Shown: positions 1-7,514 of the stretch, piece by piece
Numbering within the stretch: position 1 is the first letter of the stretch
How the letters are laid out: each line of letters begins with the position of its first letter
Source of the DNA: Squalus acanthias
Lineage: Eukaryota
DNA: 64,000 nucleotides
Direction: 5' to 3'
Assembly (NCBI GenBank): GCA_030390025.1
Contig: CM059431.1
Location: 145,888,001-145,952,000 of the forward strand
Notes under the pieces: model-generated
Seen by the model: the letters and a program-made list of their open reading frames with translations, nothing else
Told to the model about the DNA's origin: nothing
Database searches by the model: none
Position numbers and translations under genes: made by a program

Positions 1-148
1 GACACAGTGAGGTAATCAGTGGAACACGGAGAGTGAGAGTGTGAGGTACACAGTGTGTTCAATTACTGGAACACAGAGAGTCATAGTGTGAGGGACACAG
101 TTTGTAAAATTACTGGAAGAGGGAAAGTGAGAATGTGAGAGACACAGT
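1..148 (+). repeat. 47-bp satellite, diverged edge monomers (array continues beyond window start)
   Basis: About 3 degenerate copies of the AATTACTGGAACACGGAGAGTGAGAGTGTGAGGGACACAGAGTGTAC unit. Confidence 0.9.
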
Positions 149-857
149 GGGCTGGATTTTGATACTGGGGCGGGTTGGGGTCGTGTTATCCACCCGACTG
201 TTATTGGATGTGGGAGATTGATGCAATTTTCACCTATTGGGCAATTGAGTTCCAGCATGTGGGAACCCATGAACCAATTAGTGGTTTCAGTCTGAAAGTC
301 GCCTCTGATGATGTCATCATTGCTGCTGCATTGAAGGTCAGAGACTGCCTGGCCTTTGCTGTGAGAGGACCTGGATGCAAAATGAGCAGCAGAGAGAGAG
401 AGAGAGAGAGAGAATTTTACATACAGGTCCTCTCCCAGCAAAGGCCAGGCAGTCTCTGAAGACTTTCAATGCAGCAGCATCAGAGGCGACTTTCAGACCT
501 AGTACTACTACCTTCACATCTCCGTTGTAATAGTAGCTGATAGTGAGCTATCCAAATGTGTTCCCACCAGGTTTCACAATCGTGGTTCAGAACAGGCGTG
601 CTTCATGCAGATCAAGGGTTAAAATCACAAAGGCCTTTCAAAATGGCATTATAGAGTCAATTTAGTGCTTGTTAAGGGCCTTAACAGCCTATCCCGCCTC
701 TTAAAGGCGGGATGGAGTCGGGGCCAGCAGACATGATTTAATGAAAATTCCGTGGAGGCGGGATGGAGGCGGACTTGTGCCTGCAGGCCAGTTTTCGCAA
801 TATTAACCCCCCACAAGCCTCCAAACCGGCCTCCACGGGTCAATGAAAATCCAGCCC
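149..857. mobile_element. Non-autonomous PIF/Harbinger-type MITE, copy 1 (709 bp)
   Basis: Perfect 12-bp terminal inverted repeats (TIRs) GGGCTGGATTTT (149-160) / AAAATCCAGCCC (846-857); 3-bp TSD AGT (146-148, 858-860); no credible ORF; removing it restores a satellite monomer. G-started short TIRs with a 3-bp TSD are typical of Harbinger. Confidence 0.88.
290..498. repeat. Long internal inverted repeat of MITE 1 centred on (AG)11
   Basis: Arm 290-383 (GTCTGAAAGTCGCCTCTGATG...GGACCTGGATGCAAAAT) is the imperfect reverse complement of arm 414-498 (ATTTTACATACAGGTCC...CATCAGAGGCGACTTTCAGAC); (AG)11 at 391-412. Confidence 0.9.
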
Positions 858-1048
858 AGTGTGTTCAATTACTAGAACAGGGAGAGTGAGAGTGTGAGGG
901 ACACAGTGTGTAGAATTACTGGAACACGAAGACTGAGAGTGTGAGGGAAACAGAGTGTATAATTACTGGAACATGGAGACTGAGAGTGTGAGGGACACAG
1001 AGTGTATAATTACTGGAACACGGAGAGTGAGAGTGTGAGGGAAACAGT
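858..1048 (+). repeat. 47-bp satellite (~4 monomers between the MITEs)
   Basis: Tandem copies of the 47-bp unit. Confidence 0.92.
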
Positions 1049-1835
1049 GGGCTGGATTTTGAATGACCCATGGAGTCGGGTTTGGAGGCGTGTGGGGGGT
1101 TAAATTTGCGGGGTCGGGGTTTCCGACCCCATCCCGACTCCACGCAATTTTGACAAAATCAGTCGCGGGGTTCCCGACTCTGTCCCGCCTCCAAGAGGCG
1201 GGAGAGGCCATTAAAGCCCTTAACAAGCTCGAAATTGGCTCTGTAATGCCATTTTGAAACGTTTTAGCTAGTTTAACCCTTTTCTGACGTGAAGTACGCC
1301 TGATGTGAAACACTCCAGTGAAACCTGGCGGGAGCACAAGTGGACAGCTGACTATCGGCTGCAGGTCCACTATTACAACGGAGATATGATGAAGGTAGTA
1401 GTAGTATTAGGTCTGAAAGTCGCCTCTGATGCTGCTGCATTGAATGTCTTCAGAGACTGCCTAGGAGGACTTGGTTGCAAAAAAAAGTATCTGTCTCTCT
1501 GTCTCTCTGTCTCTCTCTCTCTCTCTGTCTCTCTCTCTCTCTGTCTCTCTCTCTCTCACACATTTTTGCATCCAGGTCCACTCACATCAAAAGCAAGCCA
1601 GGCAGGTCCTCTCTCATCAACAGTATCTGAGACTAGGCAGTCAGCAATGATGACATCATCAGAGGCGACTTTCAGACTGAAAACACTAATTAGTTCATGG
1701 GTTCCCACATGCTCTAACTCAATAGCCCAATTAAGTGAAAATTGCATCAGGCATCCACATTAATCAGGAGTCGGGGGGGAAACACGAAATACGGATTACA
1801 CGACCCCAACCCGACCCCAAGACAAAATCCAGCCC
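1049..1835. mobile_element. Non-autonomous PIF/Harbinger-type MITE, copy 2 (787 bp), inverted relative to copy 1
   Basis: TIRs GGGCTGGATTTT (1049-1060) / AAAATCCAGCCC (1824-1835); TSD AGT (1046-1048, 1836-1838). Its left end matches the reverse complement of the right end of copy 1 and vice versa, with many substitutions. Same internal fold-back (1411-1677) around a (TC)n tract (~1489-1556). Confidence 0.88.
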
Positions 1836-3248
1836 AGTGTGTTCAATTACTGGAAAACGGAGACTGGGAGTGGGTGTGTGAGAGACACAGTGTGTTAAAT
1901 TACTGGAACACGGAGAGTGAGAGTGTGAGGGACACAGAGTGTGCAATTACTGGAACAAGAAGAGTGAGAGTGTGAGGGACACAGTGTGTTCAATTACTGG
2001 AACACGGAGAGTGAGAGTGTGAGGGACACAGTGTGTTCAATTACTGGAACACGGAGTGTGAGAGTGTGAGGAACACAGTGTGTGTAATTACTGAAACAAG
2101 TAAAGTGATAGTGTGAGGGACACAGAGTGTACAATGACTGGAACACGGAGATTGAGAGTATGTGGGAGACAGGCTGTACAATTACTGAAACATGGAGAGT
2201 GAGAGTGCGAGGGACACAGTGTGTTAAATTACTGGAACACGGAGAGTGAGAGTGTGAGGGACAGGGTGTGCAAAAATTACTGGGACACGGAGAGTGTCAG
2301 GGACAGAGAGTGTGCAATTACTGGAACATGGAGAGTGAGAGTGTGTGGGACACAGTGTGTACAATTACTTGAACACGGAGAGTGAGAGTGTGAGGGACAC
2401 AGTGTGTAGAATTACTGGAACACGGAGAATGAGAGTGTGAGGGACACAGTGTTTGTAAAATTACTGGAACACGGAGAGTGAGAGTGTGAGGGACACAGAG
2501 TGTCCAATTACTGGAACACGGAGAGTGAGAGTGTGAGGGACACAAAGTGTACAATTACAGTAACACGGAGAGTGAGAGTGTGAGGGACACAGAGTGTAGA
2601 AATACTGGAACACGGAGAGTGAGAGTGTGAGGGACACAGAGAGTACAATTGCTGGAACACAGAGAGTGAGAGTGTGAGGGACACAGAGCGTAAAATTACT
2701 GGAACACGGAGAGTGAGAGTGTGAGGGACAGGGTGTGCAAAAATTACTGGGACACGGAGAGTGTCAGGGACAGAGAGTGTGCAATTACTGGAACATGGAG
2801 AGTGAGAGTGTGTGGGACACAGTGTGTACAATTACTTGAACACGGAGAGTGAGAGTGTGAGGGACACAGTGTGTAGAATTACTGGAACACGGAGAATGAG
2901 AGTGTGAGGGACACAGTGTTTGTAAAATTACTGGAACACGGAGAGTGAGAGTGTGAGGGACACAGAGTGTCCAATTACTGGAACACGGAGAGTGAGAGTG
3001 TGAGGGACACAAAGTGTACAATTACAGTAACACGGAGAGTGAGAGTGTGAGGGACACAGAGTGTAGAAATACTGGAACACGGAGAGTGAGAGTGTGAGGG
3101 ACACAGAGAGTACAATTGCTGGAACACAGAGAGTGAGAGTGTGAGGGACACAGAGCGTAAAATTACTGGAACATGGAGAGTGAGAGTGCGAGGGACACAG
3201 AGTGTGCAATTACTGGAACACGGAGAGTAAGAGTGTGAGGGACACAGA
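1836..3248 (+). repeat. 47-bp satellite including a 467-bp (10-monomer) tandem duplication at ~2226-3173
   Basis: Tandem monomers; the rare variant ACAGGGTGTGCAAAAATTAC recurs at 2261 and 2728 (offset 467). Confidence 0.92.
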
Positions 3249-3563
3249 GGGGTAAAAATTCACTTGGTTGCGCCTCCCGTTAGCGCCTTAAGAGGGCGCT
3301 AATGGGGCGTTTAGCCGCTAACGCCCGGGCACAGCGATGTTTGCGCCGCTCGAGAACTTAACTTGAGATTGTGCGGCGGCGCTAAAACTTACCGCTGCGA
3401 CCACCTGCGCGCGCAGATTGTGACTTCATTCCATGGTGCAACGCCCTTGGGGCCCCCCGGTGTGGAAATTGAGTGGCGCCCCCTGCCTTACCGCCTGGCG
3501 CTTCCAACGACCCGAAGACTGGAACTCTATCAATCGGTGTGGGGCTGGGGTGGGGGGGGGCGC

Positions 3564-3571
3564 TATTTAAA
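3564..3571 (+). promoter_or_regulatory. Possible TATA-like element upstream of the transposase
   Basis: TATTTAAA ~200 bp before the ATG at 3762, preceded by G-rich boxes; motif match only. Confidence 0.35.
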
Positions 3572-3761
3572 GGGAGCCTCTTCCTGTCTTTTTCTGTGGT
3601 CGACATTTATGCACCACTCGTTCTGAGAGCGAGAGAGAGATTCGGAGAGAGAGAGAGACTTCTACATTGACTCAACGCTTTGTGAGGTAGTTTTGCCTAT
3701 TCATCCTAACTTTGTTGCTACTTTAGTTGCTGTACCTCATTACTTTTCTGGCAAAGAGAAT

Positions 3762-4922
3762 ATGGGGGCTGCAATGATTGGGGGCGTCGTCCTGCTCCAG
3801 CTGAATCGGAGGATACCAAGACGCAGACAGAGAGTGGCAATGATGGCCAGACGGAGGAGGGCCATCAGGCGCATGTACAGGAGAGCTTACCCTCCCAGGG
3901 TATATCGTGAACAGCTCTCCTAAATCCATATGTCCGAGGAGCTGTGTTTGCAAAGGCTGCGATTCAGCAAGGAGGTGGTCACTGAGCTCTGCCACCTGCT
4001 GCAGCCAGATCTGCAGCCTCAGCTGAGGTCCAGGACGTCTCTGTCGGTGGCAGTGAAGGTCACAGTAGCTTTGAACTTCTACGCCACTGGCTCATTCCAA
4101 GCTCCTGTTGGGGACCTCGCCAATATCTCCCAGTTTGCGGTGCATCGCTGCATCCGGCAGGTCACCAATGCCCTCTTCAGAAGGAGATGAGACTTCATCT
4201 CTTTCCCTATGACCCCAGACAAGCAGCGTGACCGTGCTCTGGGCTTTGCGAGGGTAGCGGGCTTCCCCATGGTGCAGGGCGCCATTGACTGCACGCATGT
4301 GGCTTTGCGTGCTCCGCGAGAGAATGCAGAGGAATTCAGGAACAGAAAGGGGTTCCATTCCTTGAATGTGCAGTTGGTCTGTGACCACAGACAGGTGATA
4401 CTCGCTGTCAATGCCCACTATCCGGGCAGCTGCCACGATGCTTTCATCCTGCACCAGACTACTGTGGCAGAAGTTTTCGAGGCACCGCATCAGCCAGTTG
4501 GTTGGCTTCTGGGGGACAAGGGGTACGCATTGAGCACCTGGCTGATGACACCGCTCCGTATGCCAAACACCCCTGCTGAGCTGCGGTACAATGAAAGCCA
4601 TCAAGCAACCAGGAACATTATTGAGCGCACAATCGGCGTGCTGAAACAACGGTTCCACTGTCTGGACCATTCCGGAGGAGCCCTGCAGTACTCGCCTGAG
4701 CAAGTTTCGAACTTCGTAGTCGTGTGCTGCATGTTGCACAACATGGCAATCCTCAGGACCCAGCCAATGCCACCAGGCCTTGTAGCACCACCAGAGGAGG
4801 AGGAGGAAGAGGAGGAAGAGGACGAGGACGATGATCATCAGCAGCACCAAGGCAGGAGGGCGGCCCACAATGGTCAAACTGCAAGGGCCGTCCGTCAACG
4901 ACTAATAGCAAGCCGCTTCTAG
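3762..4922 (+). pseudogene. Harbinger transposase (HARBI1-family DDE nuclease), ~386 codons, two in-frame stops
   Basis: ORFs 3693-3923, 3930-4190 and 4209-4922 share one frame and are separated only by TAA (3921-3923) and TGA (4188-4190). Motifs: LRFSKE...L, ALNFYATGSFQ, GAIDCTHV, RNRKGFHSLNVQLVCD, YPGSCHDAFIL, LLGDKGY, RNIIERTIGVLKQRF, CCMLHN; acidic tail. Confidence 0.93.
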
Positions 4923-5033
4923 GGCCCCTGCCATTGCTACAAACATTAATCAACCCAGCACGCAACCCCTAAGCCGGCCAAGGCACCAATAATTCCAACC
5001 ACCAGCCATGTATATTTTGAATACAGAAACTTA

Positions 5034-5039
5034 TTTATT
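5034..5039 (-). terminator. Candidate polyadenylation signal for the Myb/SANT gene
   Basis: TTTATT on the + strand (AATAAA on -), ~180 nt past the stop at 5217. Confidence 0.55.
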
Positions 5040-5083
5040 TTACAAACTCTGTGTGTGTCAATTCCTCATGACAAACTCATAGA

Positions 5084-5089
5084 AATAAA
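5084..5089 (+). terminator. Candidate polyadenylation signal for the transposase (a second one at 5184-5189)
   Basis: AATAAA ~160 nt past the stop at 4922. Confidence 0.55.
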
Positions 5090-5216
5090 CACAAAAAAAC
5101 AGTCAATAACATAACTGGTTCTCACAACCTGGAGATAATGTCCAAAACACTAAACAAAAGTTGGACCATGAACCTCGGCCTTTAATAAAAAAATGACCAG
5201 CATTTTGTCACACCTC

Positions 5217-7154
5217 CTACTTTTTGCCCTTCGAGGGTGATCTCCTTCCCTTACGCACTTCCCCCCTTCTAACCCTACTGCTCCTCCGTAATGGGACCTC
5301 AGTGGCTGCAGCAAGGCTGGTGGAAGGCTGCTGCTCGTCAGACCCTGACACTGCAGATGCCCCTGAAGGACGGCCTCGACCACTTCTGGGCCTGGAGGGC
5401 CCTGCTGCAGACTGCACCAACTCTGCATGGGCGGCAGCAGTCTGTCCTACAGGCGGTGGCAAGTGCAGTGGAGAAGTGACAGTGTTGGCAGCAGGAATGC
5501 TGTTATCGTGAGAGAGGCCAGCAACTCCCTGCTCGCCCGACACACTGGCACTCCCACGGGGCAGCACTTCAGCATCCGGAGCAATCTGCCGGAGAACAGA
5601 TTGCTGGCCTGCTGCGGTGCGGTGACAGCCCCGGGGACATGTGCACGAACCATCGAGGTTGGCAGCAGTCTGTGCTCGCGTGGCCTCCATCTGAGTCTGT
5701 ATGAGAGCAATCAGAGGTGGGATCACGGCAGCCAGTGACTGAATTGCAGCACTAAGCGTTAGTGTGGCATCCGCCTGTGCTACAGCGAAGTGCTCCACAC
5801 TCCTTGCCAGTGACTCAATGCATTCGGGCACCCTTCCCACTGCACCCATGAGCTCAGTGTGCATGCCCACCGCCTGGGTGTTCATTTCTGCAATCAGCCG
5901 CTCCTCCTCTGCGTCCATTGCAGTAGGAGTGTCTGGCATACTCTCCCTCTGGGGAGAAGGCCCCCGTTCTTCCCTACCCCCCCCCCCCCCCATGGCATTG
6001 CTGCAGCCCGCTGGGTCCTGGAGCTTCACCATCATCAGCCCCTTCCCCCCTGCTCCCCTCCGGGGAAGGCGTGTTCCCAGTGTGGGCATGGGCTTCCTCG
6101 GGAGAGGGTGGCACTGATGCTCTGGCTTCCTCTTCCTCCTCAGCTGCAGCATCACTCCCAGTGGCAGCTTCAGGGCCCGTCTCCTCAGCTGGTGAATCAC
6201 CATCTGAAAGCAGGGAGGTACAAGAGTGGCTTTAGCGTGAGGACAGGGTGGCAGTAAGGGAGGAATAAGTGCAGCGAGTTAGCAAGTTGGATTGAAAGTG
6301 TCAAAGGCTGGTGTTGTGAGGGACAAGTGGAAGGACAGAGGACAAAAAGGTGATGACCTTACCATTGCTGTCCACAACGGGGTCGGCGTCTCCAGTGGCG
6401 ACGGGACCGATCACCCGGCTTGCCACAATCCTGTGGACGCGCTCCTCCAGAACGCTGAGGGGTTGCAGCTGAAGCCGCCCTCCACCTGTCCGTTGCTGCT
6501 GTCTCCTATTATGAGCCAGCTTGGCCTGCAAGAAAAAGGACAGCATCTGAGTAAATATACAGCCATGGTCTTGCCTGATGTGCCTCCCATAGGTGAATAG
6601 CCCTTACAATATACAGCCATGGTCTTGCCTGATGTGCCTCCCATAGGTGAATAGCCCTTACAATGTACAGCCATGGTCTTGCCTGATGTGCCTCCCATAG
6701 GTGAATAGCCCTTACAATATACAGCCATGGTCTTGCCTGATGTACCTCCCATAGGTGAATAGCCCTTACTGTATGCAAAGTGTGGAATGTGCGTGTGTGT
6801 TTGATGAAAGGGCCATAGGTGTTGGATGAGTGTTGTGCATTGGGGTTTTAAGACCCTCTGGCCATAGAGTGAGGTTGAGATGGAGGGATGGAGAGGTATT
6901 GAGAAAAAGCCACTCACCCTGACGACCCGAGTGAGGTTGTTGAACTTTTTGCGGCATTGAGTATGGATCCTGGGCACCATGCTCCTGGAGGAGACGCTCT
7001 GAGCCACCTCCCTCCACACTCTTCTGAACTCGCGTGGCAAAGGCCTCCTGCCACTCTCAGGGAACAGCATACATCGTCTGCGCTCCACTGCATCAACCAG
7101 AGCATCCAAGGCCCGCTCGGTGAAGCGATGAGCGCGTTCTCTCACCCTCTCCAT
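5217..7154 (-). pseudogene. Harbinger ORF2 Myb/SANT (trihelix)-like DNA-binding protein; exons 7154-6918, 6525-6363, 6203-5217; frameshift at a G15 run
   Basis: Exon 1 encodes RFTERALDALVDAV...RRVWREVAQSV...RIHTQCRKKFNNL (Myb/SANT-like). Donor GTGAGT at 6917; acceptor TTCTTGCAG before 6525; exon 2 AKLAHNRRQQQRTGGG; donor GTAAGG at 6362 (phase 1); acceptor CTTTCAG before 6203. The spliced frame gives an acidic linker (DGDSPAEETGPEAA...EEEEE) and hits TAG right after the G15 run (5991-5977). Removing one G joins it to the open frame ending at 5217 (~460 aa). Confidence 0.82.
6554..6769. repeat. 54-bp minisatellite, 4 near-identical copies, in intron 1 of the Myb/SANT gene
   Basis: AGCCATGG recurs at 6561, 6615, 6669 and 6723; unit AATATACAGCCATGGTCTTGCCTGATGTGCCTCCCATAGGTGAATAGCCCTTAC. 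Confidence 0.95.
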
Positions 7155-7514
7155 GCTTGGCAGCAAAATGGATTACAGGTCTCTCCAGGCTGAGATTCAA
7201 GGCTGCAATGAGCAGGGTGTGGCTGGGGAGCAAGTGCCCCCCCCCCCCGCTTTAAGAAGTGTCCGGCGCCAGTGTGTCTGTGTTCCCTCGCTAACTGGCA
7301 ACAGCTGCGCTGCACTCGCGCGCTGAATTAGCGCCTCACTCCTTGGCCTTTGCACCTTAAGAGAGGTGTGCAGCGCCTGCTTTAGCGCTCCACTCACCTC
7401 CCGGGGCGGTAAAAGTGAAGTTTCCTGTCAGTACCGATAATTAGCGAAAGGCGCTAATATTTGCGTCCGGACGATATTTGCGCCCCAAATGGGGCGCGAC
7501 CTAATTTCTACCCC

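Larger units (their letters stand above)
3249..7514 (+). mobile_element. Full-length PIF/Harbinger DNA transposon (4266 bp) with a two-gene convergent layout
   Basis: TIRs GGGGTAAAAATT (3249-3260) / AATTTCTACCCC (7503-7514), 11/12 match; TSD AGA (3246-3248, 7515-7517); encodes a Harbinger-type DDE transposase (+) and a Myb/SANT-like protein (-); CpG-rich subterminal regions. Confidence 0.95.

Noticed and set aside
149..1835. One composite element or a simple inverted duplication
   Set aside because: Each MITE has its own TIR pair and TSD, the copies are diverged, and the intervening satellite keeps its orientation.
16..1975. ORFs of 60-152 aa across the MITEs
   Set aside because: No recognisable domain; they run through microsatellite and satellite sequence.
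4092..4898. 268-aa minus-strand ORF with a hydrophobic stretch
   Set aside because: Antisense shadow of the transposase; the hydrophobic run comes from the Glu/Asp codon tract.
3762..4922. Domesticated host gene HARBI1 (with NAIF1)
   Set aside because: Flanked by TIRs and a TSD, inserted in satellite DNA and carrying nonsense codons, so it is a transposon copy.
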